A DNA stretch of 24,035 nt from a virus. Taxonomy: Duplodnaviria; Caudoviricetes. The notes beneath the pieces were generated by a model that was given only the letters and a program-made list of their open reading frames with translations, had not been told where the DNA came from and did no database searches. The stretch is taken from the IMG/VR virus record IMGVR_UViG_3300028862_000107, positions 1 through 24,035 of that record. One strand, given 5' to 3'. Below, piece by piece: positions 7,745-16,438 of this stretch (its first letter is position 1; every line of letters starts with the position of its first letter). A program made the position numbers and the translations under genes.

Positions 7745-9967
7745 ATGGAAAACGTCCCACTTAATATTTTAATTCAAGCCCAAGATGAGGCGTCGTCTGT
7801 TTTAAAAAATTTCTCGGATACTCTCGACGATAATCAAAAAAAGGCTGGTCAATGGTCGCAAAATTTAAAAATTGCTGGCGGTATTTTGACGGGTGTCGGC
7901 GTTGCTGGGGTTGCGATGATGAAAGATTGGATTGACAAAGCCAGTGAGGTAGAAACCGCTCAGGCTCAGCTCGAACACGCTGTTATTAGTGTCTCTCACG
8001 CCACCAAAGACCAACTCTCACAAACCGAGGCGTTAGCTGACGCTCTACAAAAAAAAGGTGTCCTAGACGGCGACAACATCAAAATCGGACTCGCTCAATT
8101 ATCAACTTTCGGTCTATCAAATAAAGCCGTTCAAAATTTGGGCGGTTCGCTTGCTGATTTGGCAGTCAATCAATTTGGTGTCTCTGCCAGTGGCGACCAA
8201 CTCTCTCAATCTGCCAATATGATAGCCAAGGCTTTAAACGGTCAATTCGGAGTTTTGGAAAAATCAGGTATCCGTTTCACTGACGCTCAACAAAAGCTCA
8301 TTCAATTCGGAACTGAACAGCAAAAGGTCGACGCAATCAATCAGGGTTTCGCTCAAAATTTAAAATTCACCAACGAGGTGGCTCTAAATACCGCTGACGG
8401 TATGAAAGCTCATCTCTCAGTCGCACTCGAAGACCAAAAAGAAAAACTCGGCGGTCAATTATTGCCTCTTTGGGAAAAATTCCAAGGCGGTTTAATTAAA
8501 TTGCTCGAAGTAATCAACAATCTAAATCCGAACATCGTTAAATTTGTAGCAATCGGGACTTTAATTGTTACCGCTTTCAGTTTGATAGTCGGTCCACTTT
8601 TAATTTTAATCGCTATGTTACCAGCTCTCGGGGCTGGGTTTGCTATGCTGACGGGGACAATGTTACCTATAATCGGGACAATTTTATTAGTCGTCGCTGG
8701 TGTCGCCCTCTTAGCTTTCGGAATTTACGAACTCGTCAAACACTGGGACTCAGTCAAAGCATTTTTCGTCAATATCGGGAACGCAATAAAAACTTTCGTA
8801 ACTACGGCACTCTCAACAGTCGGGGGATTTTTCACTAATTTATGGAACTCAGTAACCTCGAAAGTAAATCAAATCGTCAATGGAATTAAAACAGGATTTA
8901 ACAACGCCTTGACTGCGGTCAGGACTGTTTTTAATGGTATTGCCAATGTCGTCAAGACTGTATTTGATGTAATTAAAAATATAATTGTTGCCTATCTTAC
9001 CTTTTATTTTAATTTTTACTATACAATTTTTAACGCTATTTATACAGTCGTCTCTTATGTTTTTAATGGGATTTGGACAGTAATAAAATTCATCGGTGAA
9101 ATGATTTGGGCTGGGATACAGATTGTCTTTTGGACTATCTACGAATTTATCGCTGGCATTTTACAAAAACTTTGGGACACTGTCGGAGTCAAATTGATGG
9201 CAGTTTTACAAGTAATCAATGAAAAATTAACTTTGATTTGGAACGCAATATCATTATTTTTTGTTACCGTTTGGAACGGGATAGTTACTGTATTTACTGA
9301 GGTTTGGAATTTTATAGTGATGATATTTACCAACGTCTACAACTTTTTTGTTACTACTTTTACGACAATTTGGACTTTCTTAGTTAGTATTTTCCAAGTA
9401 ATTTATGAGGCAATTTCAGGGGCTTTGACTACCGCTTGGACTTTCATAGTTGATGTTTTAACGAAGATTTGGGCTAAATTTACAGAGGCATTTAACGGGG
9501 TCAAGACTGCCGTAATGACTCCAATTAAAGAGGCTTTCGATTGGCTCGGTAATCAGATGGACGCTATTTGGTCAAAGATAACCGACGTCGCTGGAAAAAT
9601 TCTACAAAAATTCAAAGATATGGCGTCAGGAATTGTCAACGCTCTCAAAGAGATTAAATTTCCTCACCTTTCTCTCGGCTCAGGTTCGACAACAGTAGCG
9701 GGACACGAAATCAATTATCCTACAATGAATGTCGACTGGTACGAAAAAGGGGGCTGGGTCAAAAAGACTGGTCTCGCTGTTGTCCATCAAGACGAGTTCG
9801 TTTTATCAAAAGATATGTTGAGAGGTAGAACCCCAGTACCTAGTAATATTGTCAATCAACAAAGCAGTAAATCAAACGAAATTAAAATTGAGGCAATCAT
9901 AAATAACCCTATGGATTGGGATACTATGATGTCAAAATTAAATTATAAATTAAATTACTCTTACTAA
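7745..9967 (+). CDS. Tail tape measure protein
   Basis: 740 aa, helical and Ala/Gln-rich, with a central hydrophobic segment, roughly 11-residue W/F periodic repeats, and C-terminal WYEKGGWV..TGLAVVH..E.VL. Confidence 0.93.
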   Translation: MENVPLNILIQAQDEASSVLKNFSDTLDDNQKKAGQWSQNLKIAGGILTGVGVAGVAMMKDWIDKASEVETAQAQLEHAVISVSHATKDQLSQTEALADALQKKGVLDGDNIKIGLAQLSTFGLSNKAVQNLGGSLADLAVNQFGVSASGDQLSQSANMIAKALNGQFGVLEKSGIRFTDAQQKLIQFGTEQQKVDAINQGFAQNLKFTNEVALNTADGMKAHLSVALEDQKEKLGGQLLPLWEKFQGGLIKLLEVINNLNPNIVKFVAIGTLIVTAFSLIVGPLLILIAMLPALGAGFAMLTGTMLPIIGTILLVVAGVALLAFGIYELVKHWDSVKAFFVNIGNAIKTFVTTALSTVGGFFTNLWNSVTSKVNQIVNGIKTGFNNALTAVRTVFNGIANVVKTVFDVIKNIIVAYLTFYFNFYYTIFNAIYTVVSYVFNGIWTVIKFIGEMIWAGIQIVFWTIYEFIAGILQKLWDTVGVKLMAVLQVINEKLTLIWNAISLFFVTVWNGIVTVFTEVWNFIVMIFTNVYNFFVTTFTTIWTFLVSIFQVIYEAISGALTTAWTFIVDVLTKIWAKFTEAFNGVKTAVMTPIKEAFDWLGNQMDAIWSKITDVAGKILQKFKDMASGIVNALKEIKFPHLSLGSGSTTVAGHEINYPTMNVDWYEKGGWVKKTGLAVVHQDEFVLSKDMLRGRTPVPSNIVNQQSSKSNEIKIEAIINNPMDWDTMMSKLNYKLNYSY

Positions 9968-10803
9968 TGAAATTCAATATCAATGGTCTCGACCTAGTCC
10001 AAGACGCCGACGGTTTTGGTTACATCGTCCAAGGTCTCTCAAATCCTTTCACTAAGAAATACTCTGTCTCTGATATTTTACAGAGGCACGGTGTCGTCTT
10101 GGGTAAATCTCGATTTGGTGGGAAAACTTTTAGTTTTACTGTTTTTATTAACGGCAGAGACCCAGCCGACCACGCCGACAAACGTCTTTTATTGGAAAAA
10201 TATTTGACTCCAAGCTACTACGCCGACTCTGATAAAATCGCTATCGTTGTAACTCTCGACAATGGCTCGATACTAACTCTCGACGCTATGATAACGGGCA
10301 ACAGCAACGATTTGAGTTCAAACGATATTATGTCGAGTGCCATTCAATATAATTGTCAAGCCGAATATCCTTTTTTTGTCAGTCAACAAAAATATCAACA
10401 AATCATCACGATTGGAAAAGGTGGCACTTTCGCCATTCCTTTTGCTCTCCCTCTCAATATGTCGTCAGGTTCAGCAGTTACAACCGACTTTTTTGTCGGT
10501 GGTAATGTTTGGGCTTTCCCTAAATTTACTTTCTCAGGAAAATTGACAACTCCGACTTTGGTCGATGTCATCAATCAAAAATCTATGACAGTAAACGCTA
10601 CCATCAACTCAGGGGCAAGCCGTATTATTGATATTTACAACGAGTCTGTTTTAGACAATGCTGGCAATAATAAAATGTCAGAACTTGGGGGAGATTTTTT
10701 AATCTTACCTTGCGGACAAAATAGCTTTATTCTTTCTACTGGCGACGTTGCCGACACTGGTATCGTAACAGCAGAGTACCAATACCATTATGTTTCAATA
10801 TAA
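9967..10803 (+). CDS. Distal tail protein (Dit-like)
   Basis: Follows the tape measure with a TAATG overlap; A.YPFF, GGNVWAFPKFTFSG and FLILPCGQN patterns. Confidence 0.8.
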   Translation: MKFNINGLDLVQDADGFGYIVQGLSNPFTKKYSVSDILQRHGVVLGKSRFGGKTFSFTVFINGRDPADHADKRLLLEKYLTPSYYADSDKIAIVVTLDNGSILTLDAMITGNSNDLSSNDIMSSAIQYNCQAEYPFFVSQQKYQQIITIGKGGTFAIPFALPLNMSSGSAVTTDFFVGGNVWAFPKFTFSGKLTTPTLVDVINQKSMTVNATINSGASRIIDIYNESVLDNAGNNKMSELGGDFLILPCGQNSFILSTGDVADTGIVTAEYQYHYVSI

Positions 10804-11803
10804 AATCGAAATTACAAATCGAGACGGCTCTTTAAAATGGGTTTTACCTTACGAGAGCGGTAGTGTTACTCTCGTCCATAACGCAATTTGTACGGCTCAG
10901 GTAAATATTAGCTATGCCTATTTAGAGAAATCATTGACAGCTCAGGGGATAGATATACTTACATTTTTCAAAGGTGGTGTTAAACTGGCTTATTTTTACG
11001 AGGACGATGTTTTAATTTTTGGCGGGTTTATTACTCAGGCGTCAATTCAAAATCAGGGTAATTCGGACACTCTGACGATTGATTTTAAATCGTGGCTGGC
11101 TTATTTTGAAAATGTTTTTTATACTGGGACTTTCACCGATATTGACGGCGGTCTCATCGCTTGGGACGTCATCAATGACCTAAACGAAATCGCAATCACT
11201 CAGGGGACTATCACACCATCAAAAATCAGGACTCGACCTTATACTGACGAGTCAGTGGCTAAAATTTTGCCAGCACTATCGGGAGACAATTTAATTGATG
11301 GATTTGATTTTAAAATTTCACCTCAGAAAGTTTTAACCGTTGCCCCATCAATCGGCTCAGTTTTACCAAACGCAATTTTCAGACTATCGAATACTAATAC
11401 CTACAAACTCGATATTCCTCTCTTTGGGTCAGTGATAAATAAGGGGAAACTTTACGGCGGAAATGTTGACGGTGTTCAGGTTTTGGGGAATTATGACGCT
11501 GGGGTAATTTATCAAAACGATTGGTTTACTCAAACCGAAATTATTGAGGACATAAGTTTGACTGAACAGGATACCGTCGACGATAGAATACAAAAAGAAA
11601 TCGAGACTAATAAATTACCTGTCGATATTTTTTCCTGTACGGTTCAAAATTCACTACCCTCACCATCGAGCAAGACCTACGGGACGGGCGATACTGTTAC
11701 CGTTAAACTAGATAATTTTGACGTAATCTTAGCCAAAAGAATTAAACAAAAGAAAATAAACTTTGGCTCTGACCAAAATGTTGAGTTAGAATTTTATAAA
11801 TAA
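10790..11803 (+). CDS. Tail tip hub / Tal-like minor tail protein
   Basis: Position after Dit; LIFGGFI, GFDFKI and YGTGDTVTV patterns of siphovirus hub proteins. Confidence 0.7.
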   Translation: MFQYKIEITNRDGSLKWVLPYESGSVTLVHNAICTAQVNISYAYLEKSLTAQGIDILTFFKGGVKLAYFYEDDVLIFGGFITQASIQNQGNSDTLTIDFKSWLAYFENVFYTGTFTDIDGGLIAWDVINDLNEIAITQGTITPSKIRTRPYTDESVAKILPALSGDNLIDGFDFKISPQKVLTVAPSIGSVLPNAIFRLSNTNTYKLDIPLFGSVINKGKLYGGNVDGVQVLGNYDAGVIYQNDWFTQTEIIEDISLTEQDTVDDRIQKEIETNKLPVDIFSCTVQNSLPSPSSKTYGTGDTVTVKLDNFDVILAKRIKQKKINFGSDQNVELEFYK

Positions 11804-11805
11804 CA

Positions 11806-12486
11806 ATGGATTTTGTACAAAGATTTAAACAACTCGAGGAAAAAGTCGCACTGATTTTAAAAAAAATTAGTGATGGCTCGATTGGTGGCGGGGGTAGTAT
11901 TTGGGGGGCAATCACTGGAACTCTTGGCGACCAGACTGATTTATCAACCGCTTTGGGTAACAAAGTAAATTTAACGACGTACAATGAATTTTTTGCGACC
12001 TTAGTCGGGGCGATTTTCCCCTATGCTGGGGCAACCGCACCAACAGGGTTTTTATTGTGTGATGGCTCAGCCATATCAAGGACAACCTACTCGGCTTTAT
12101 TTGCTAAGATAGGCACTACTTACGGAGTAGGAAACGGGACAACGACTTTCAATATTCCCGACGCTCGAGGTAGAGTAATCGTTGGTAAATCTAGCGATAC
12201 TGAGTTTGCGACTCTTGGACAAGTTGGCGGGGCAAAAACTAACACGCTCGACGTTACCCAAATACCAGCTCATAGCCATAGAATGAGAGCTTATTCACAC
12301 AATGTAGACTCTGGTTGGTTGCCAGATGATACGTCTTGGCTTGGCTCAATCACTCAGGCTGGTGCTACTGATAGACCAAACCCACCAATGAGAGGTAATG
12401 GTGGTGTTATGGAAAATACTGGTAGTGGTCTAGCACACAACAATATTCAGCCGTATATTACGATAAATTATATCATTAAAACTTAA
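11806..12486 (+). CDS. Tail fibre protein with phage tail-collar domain (expressed orientation, tip variant A)
   Basis: WGAITGTLGDQTDL..AL..K segment, then GAIFPYAG..APTGFLLCDGSAISRTTYSALFA.IGT.YG.G.G.TTFN.PD, PAHSH and HNNIQPY.T.NYIIK. Confidence 0.9.
   Translation: MDFVQRFKQLEEKVALILKKISDGSIGGGGSIWGAITGTLGDQTDLSTALGNKVNLTTYNEFFATLVGAIFPYAGATAPTGFLLCDGSAISRTTYSALFAKIGTTYGVGNGTTTFNIPDARGRVIVGKSSDTEFATLGQVGGAKTNTLDVTQIPAHSHRMRAYSHNVDSGWLPDDTSWLGSITQAGATDRPNPPMRGNGGVMENTGSGLAHNNIQPYITINYIIKT
11980..12003 (+). repeat. Left inverted repeat 1 of the putative invertible fibre cassette
   Basis: TACAATgaaTTTTTTGCGACCTTA; the 15-bp core 11989-12003 is the exact reverse complement of 12938-12952. Confidence 0.8.
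12034..12053 (+). repeat. Left inverted repeat 2 (20 bp)
   Basis: ACCGCACCAACAGGGTTTTT is the exact reverse complement of 12888-12907. Confidence 0.8.
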
Positions 12487-12526
12487 TTATATAATTTACG
12501 GTGTTGTAAGGTTGAATATTATTGTG
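12436..12526. repeat. Imperfect palindrome formed by the overlapping convergent 3' ends of the two collar ORFs
   Basis: Centre at 12481; AAATTATATCATTAA (12465-12479) matches TTAATTATATAATTT (12483-12497) at 14 of 15 positions. Confidence 0.7.
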
Positions 12527-12967
12527 GTTACCGTCGCCCCCAGCGTTGGCAATAGTAGTGTAATCCTCTTTAATTCTCGTTGAGCCACTCCCAGCCAAAT
12601 ATTGGTTTGCTTGTGCCGACATTCTAGCAAAACCATAGGTATCAGCCCCACTGTTAAAACTATGGGCGTGGACTGGCATTTCCGTTGTAGTAAGTTTATG
12701 ACTTTTCTCTCCGCCTGTCTTTCCGAGTGCGTTAAATTCAGTGTCAGTCGACTTTCCAACGGGGATTTTACCTAAAAAATCAGGTAAATTAAATGTAGTC
12801 GTACCATTTCCAGCCCCGTAATTTGTTCCAATTATTGCGAATAAACTGGCGTATGTTGTGCGAGAAACTGCTGACCCATTACAAAGCAAAAACCCTGTTG
12901 GTGCGGTAGACCCAGCAAAAGGAAAAATAATACCTGTTAAGGTCGCAAAAAAGCTATTGTAAGACAC
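12476..12967 (-). CDS. Inverted, headless second tail-collar/fibre-tip cassette (tip variant B), probably silent in this orientation
   Basis: Paralog of residues ~58-226 of 11806..12486. It has only a GTG start and no ATG back to the in-frame TAG at 13024-13022. It is the only minus-strand gene in the window. Confidence 0.85.
   Translation of the reverse strand: MSYNSFFATLTGIIFPFAGSTAPTGFLLCNGSAVSRTTYASLFAIIGTNYGAGNGTTTFNLPDFLGKIPVGKSTDTEFNALGKTGGEKSHKLTTTEMPVHAHSFNSGADTYGFARMSAQANQYLAGSGSTRIKEDYTTIANAGGDGNHNNIQPYNTVNYIIKF
12888..12907 (-). repeat. Right inverted repeat 2 (20 bp)
   Basis: AAAAACCCTGTTGGTGCGGT on the + strand. Confidence 0.8.
12938..12961 (-). repeat. Right inverted repeat 1 of the putative invertible fibre cassette
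   Basis: TAAGGTCGCAAAAAAgctATTGTA on the + strand; similarity between the two ORFs stops just outside it. Confidence 0.8.
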
Positions 12968-13000
12968 TACCTTTCTAAAACAAAATAAAGTTTTAAAATG

Positions 13001-13012
13001 TATAATTAAATT
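13001..13012 (+). promoter_or_regulatory. TATAAT-TAAATT element before ATG 13013
   Basis: Exact motif copy; would allow restart of expression after the inverted cassette. Confidence 0.6.
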
Positions 13013-13996
13013 ATGGCAAATCTAGTAACAGGAATATCGGGAGCGTCCGCTCTCACTGAAAATCAATTTTTACGTTTATTACACGCAATCACTCAGAAAT
13101 CGGGTGTCTTTGATTTAGCGTCCCACTGGAAAGTCGGCGTCGCTAATCCTCTGAGTAATAAAGTTGTCGTCCCTGTTGGTGATGGTGTTTTTAAATTTAG
13201 TGGCAAAACTCTACACGGCTATTCGACTACTGATTTCGAGGTTACTGTCTCGGCTAATAATTCAGGGACAAACAGAATATCAACAATCATCGCTTATTTA
13301 AACATCGGGGCAACTGTAAACTCTGACGGTAGTAATATTTTAATTTTTACGAGTGTCGATGGAACTCCCGACGCTAGCCCAGTCATACCAACCGATACTC
13401 AAATATCTAACGCAATCGGGGCAAATAAACCTTTCGTTAGATTGTCAAATCTTGCCTTACCTACTGGATACTCTCAAATCGGTGCCTCAATGATTACCGA
13501 CGTCCGACCTAGTTGTCTTTTCTCTTTTCTTGGTGGTCTTAACTTATCCGAGCAAACTTTAATCGACACCCCTGACACTGCCAAAGCAAACGTCGTTTTA
13601 AAAAATAATGGCTCTAAATCTCGTCTCTTTATTAAAGGCGTCAGTGATACCAACCCTATTGAAATTCAATCAATCGACGAACCTGTCGACGATGGCGGGG
13701 CAACCTCAGCTCTCGACTTTGGAATTAAATGTCATACAGTTACTTTGACCACTAACAAAGCTATTACTCTCTCAAACGTAGCAGTTGGTAAAGGTGTTTA
13801 TCTCAGATTTGTTCAGGCTGGTACTGGTGGTTATACCCCAACTTTCGGCTCATTACCTATCTTGTGGGCTGGCGGTGCTATTCCTGATTTTTCAGATGTT
13901 GTCGGACAAACTGACGCTATTTTCCTATTCTGTTACAAAAAGGTAGGTAGCGTTTATTATTTCGACGGCGGTTCTGTCGCTGGTCAACTTGCTTAA
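13013..13996 (+). CDS. Minor tail/fibre protein
   Basis: N-terminal VSANNSGTNRISTI..GTP...P.IP..FVRL..I....ITDVR baseplate-attachment-like segment; C-terminal TVTLT....TLSN..RFVQ..TGG..W..G..P....G..D beta domain seen in phage fibres. Confidence 0.75.
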   Translation: MANLVTGISGASALTENQFLRLLHAITQKSGVFDLASHWKVGVANPLSNKVVVPVGDGVFKFSGKTLHGYSTTDFEVTVSANNSGTNRISTIIAYLNIGATVNSDGSNILIFTSVDGTPDASPVIPTDTQISNAIGANKPFVRLSNLALPTGYSQIGASMITDVRPSCLFSFLGGLNLSEQTLIDTPDTAKANVVLKNNGSKSRLFIKGVSDTNPIEIQSIDEPVDDGGATSALDFGIKCHTVTLTTNKAITLSNVAVGKGVYLRFVQAGTGGYTPTFGSLPILWAGGAIPDFSDVVGQTDAIFLFCYKKVGSVYYFDGGSVAGQLA

Positions 13997-13998
13997 AA

Positions 13999-15150
13999 AT
14001 GAAAACAAATTTTTATCCATCAATCGGATATTCTTTTTCTTGTAATCACGAACAGGGCGGAGACTTCGCTAGTAAAGTAAATAGTACCTATGCTACGGGT
14101 GGGTGCGGTCAAACTACTAATTTCGGGGCTCAGGTTTACAGGGGTGGCTCTTACGATATTTATAGACGAACCATTGTTTTTGATACCTCAGCAATCCCAG
14201 CAAACGCCGTAATTACCTTGGTTAAATTTAACGCCTACATCAAAAAAGTTCACGACGGGGATTGTACTAATAGCATTGTTTATTTATGTCCTGTCTCTGC
14301 CACTGGAAATAATACAGCTTATTATAATAAAGCCTATTTTGGAAATTCACTCGGTGAATGTAATCAGCAAGATGTCGAAAATGATAATGTAAATATTTGG
14401 TGGTCTCCAACAATCGACCCGTCTAGTATCGTAAAGGGCGGAAACTCAATCTTTGGTTTGAGACACTGGAACGATTACAATAATTATGCCCCTTGGAACG
14501 ATGGAACTGGACAATTTTATTTTGCTGAAAATAATGACGCTACTTACCGACCTTATTTAGAGATAACATATTTTTTGCCCGCTACTGTCTCCAATAGTGG
14601 CGTCTCAAATATTATCAATAATGGAGCTAGACTTTCAGGAAATGTCGGGTATGACGGCGGGGGTACTATTTCAGATAGAGGATTTATAATTGATGGCTCG
14701 GTTACTGTTCACGTTGGTACTGGGACAGGTGCTTATTATGCCGATATTACTGGATTTAATGACGGGTCTACTCATACATTTAAACCTTTCGCTATTAACG
14801 AGGCGGGTACTGTTTACGGTGAGACTATTTCTTTCAAGACTTTGGCTGGTGCTACAAATAACGGAATAGTAAAAAAATCATCTCGAAAATTTACCCCAAT
14901 AGCCAACGTGTCGAGTGCTGAAAATTATACCTCTCGAGGTTTTCAATATGGATTAACTGAAACGCCAACTTGGGGAGTCTCTGAGAGTGGTGTTTTTACA
15001 GACTCATCTTTTACAATGGAAATTTCAGGGCTAAAACCTTTCACTTTATATCACTATCGAGCGTTTGTACAAAATCAAACTGGGGTCTCATATAGCCCTT
15101 GGACGACCATCAAAACTGACGGAGAGGGTGGCGGTATATTGATACTCTGA
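13999..15150 (+). CDS. Putative virion adhesin: DNRLRE/CBM-like beta-sandwich plus two fibronectin type III-like repeats
   Basis: RRTIVFDTSAIPANAVIT...RPYLEITY; then two repeats ending FKPFAINEAGTVYGETISFKT and YRAFVQNQTGVSYSPWTTIKT. Confidence 0.7.
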   Translation: MKTNFYPSIGYSFSCNHEQGGDFASKVNSTYATGGCGQTTNFGAQVYRGGSYDIYRRTIVFDTSAIPANAVITLVKFNAYIKKVHDGDCTNSIVYLCPVSATGNNTAYYNKAYFGNSLGECNQQDVENDNVNIWWSPTIDPSSIVKGGNSIFGLRHWNDYNNYAPWNDGTGQFYFAENNDATYRPYLEITYFLPATVSNSGVSNIINNGARLSGNVGYDGGGTISDRGFIIDGSVTVHVGTGTGAYYADITGFNDGSTHTFKPFAINEAGTVYGETISFKTLAGATNNGIVKKSSRKFTPIANVSSAENYTSRGFQYGLTETPTWGVSESGVFTDSSFTMEISGLKPFTLYHYRAFVQNQTGVSYSPWTTIKTDGEGGGILIL

Positions 15151-15161
15151 AATTTTTAGCA

Positions 15162-15173
15162 TATTATTAAACT
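15162..15173 (+). promoter_or_regulatory. TATTAT-TAAACT element before the lysin ATG
   Basis: Variant of the recurring motif with the same spacing. Confidence 0.5.
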
Positions 15174-16139
15174 ATGCTATCTCAAAATGACCCTCAATGG
15201 AAAACAAAAACAATTAACGGGACTAACAGCACTCTCGGAAATTATGGCTGTCTACTCACTTGTATCACTGCCATTTTAAACGAAGCTGGATATTCTCTCA
15301 CCCCCGACCAGTTAGCCAACTACTCTCAATTATTTGTCGGTGATTTATGGAACGGTTGGAAAACACTACAAAATTTATTTTCAAGAGTGTCCTATTCTTG
15401 GGGTATAGTTTGTCAATCAACATCTGCCCCGATTGACAAAATTATCGCTGAACTCGACGCTGGTTATTTTCCTATAATTATGGTCGACAGTAATTTGAAT
15501 GTCGCTGGAATACAAACCCATTATTTACGAGTTACTAAACACGTCGGAAACGATTTGTATATTCACGACCCTTGGGACGGTGTCGAAAAGAAACTCTCAT
15601 CTTGCTACGGCTCAATGGCTGACGCTGTTAAAATCCAAAAAGTAGATTGTTACCACTTTACTAAACCAACCGCCGAAACTGTCGAGACTTATAACATCTC
15701 TGAAAATGTCTACAAATATTTATACAAAGAAAACAATTTTAGCGAGGGCGATATTCGAGAGGGAATGGAAAACTTTAAAAAAGGTGTCCTTAAATCTCTC
15801 CAAACTCTTTACGACGAACTCGATAAAAAATATGTCATCGCTACTACTGTAAATGTTGAAATGTCAAAACAGCAAGGTCTTGATGTTATTGAAATCGCTC
15901 GCCTAAATAATTTGTTACTAAAATATTCTGATTACGATACCATTGTAGAAAGTAATAAAAATCTCACCTCTCAAAACTCAATTTTGACAAAGGCAAATAA
16001 AACACTCGTCGAAAGGTTAGCACTCCAACAACCGACTGCTACTCCCGACCCAGTTTCTACTACTGTCGATACTTCGGAAAAAATAGAGGTGTCTTTTAGC
16101 ACTTTCTTTGATTTTATAAAAAGTTTATTTAAAAAATAA
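15174..16139 (+). CDS. Putative endolysin: C39-like papain-fold peptidase with a coiled-coil C-terminus
   Basis: SQNDPQW, GNYGCLLT (Cys), THY (His), IHDPW (Asp); followed by two membrane protein genes. Confidence 0.75.
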   Translation: MLSQNDPQWKTKTINGTNSTLGNYGCLLTCITAILNEAGYSLTPDQLANYSQLFVGDLWNGWKTLQNLFSRVSYSWGIVCQSTSAPIDKIIAELDAGYFPIIMVDSNLNVAGIQTHYLRVTKHVGNDLYIHDPWDGVEKKLSSCYGSMADAVKIQKVDCYHFTKPTAETVETYNISENVYKYLYKENNFSEGDIREGMENFKKGVLKSLQTLYDELDKKYVIATTVNVEMSKQQGLDVIEIARLNNLLLKYSDYDTIVESNKNLTSQNSILTKANKTLVERLALQQPTATPDPVSTTVDTSEKIEVSFSTFFDFIKSLFKK

Positions 16140-16146
16140 TAGAATT

Positions 16147-16404
16147 ATGGAAACTACTGACCACGATTTACTCATCAGAATTGACGAGAGACAGACCGCT
16201 ATTTTCGAGTCTTTGTCAACAATGGAAAAAAAAATCAACTGTGCCGTTGTCAATGATGACGACTTTAAATTATTAGTCTCTCGAACAAATACAATGTGGG
16301 ACAATCAAAATAAATTTATTGGTTTAGTTTTAGGGATTGGGGGAATTGCTGGCGGTGTCGCTGGGACTATTGCGACCATTGTCAAGACAGCACTCGCTCG
16401 ATAA
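16147..16404 (+). CDS. XhlA-like / holin-like membrane protein
   Basis: LIRIDER coiled-coil N-terminus and a single Gly-rich C-terminal hydrophobic helix; next to the lysin. Confidence 0.6.
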   Translation: METTDHDLLIRIDERQTAIFESLSTMEKKINCAVVNDDDFKLLVSRTNTMWDNQNKFIGLVLGIGGIAGGVAGTIATIVKTALAR

Positions 16405-16426
16405 TTGTAAAAAATTAAAAATTGTT

Positions 16427-16438
16427 TATTATTAAATT
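16427..16438 (+). promoter_or_regulatory. TATTAT-TAAATT element before ATG 16439
   Basis: Variant of the recurring motif with the same spacing. Confidence 0.5.

Noticed and set aside
8700-9650. Periodic W/F repeats in the tape measure protein
   Set aside because: An ordinary feature of tape measure proteins, not a separate repeat element.
12034-12060. hix/gix-type serine invertase site in the 20-bp inverted repeat
   Set aside because: GGTTTTT resembles one hix half-site, but there is no dyad partner and the sequence is explained by the conserved PTGFL codons, so it cannot be called.
11806-12967. Diversity-generating retroelement template/variable repeat pair
   Set aside because: The copies are inverted, differences are not confined to adenines, the tips are unrelated, and no reverse transcriptase is in the window.
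12938-12967. XerC/D dif-like site as the inversion site
   Set aside because: AGGTCGCAAAA partly resembles an XerC arm, but there is no XerD-like arm and the would-be 6-bp central regions differ between the copies (AAGCTA vs AATTCA).
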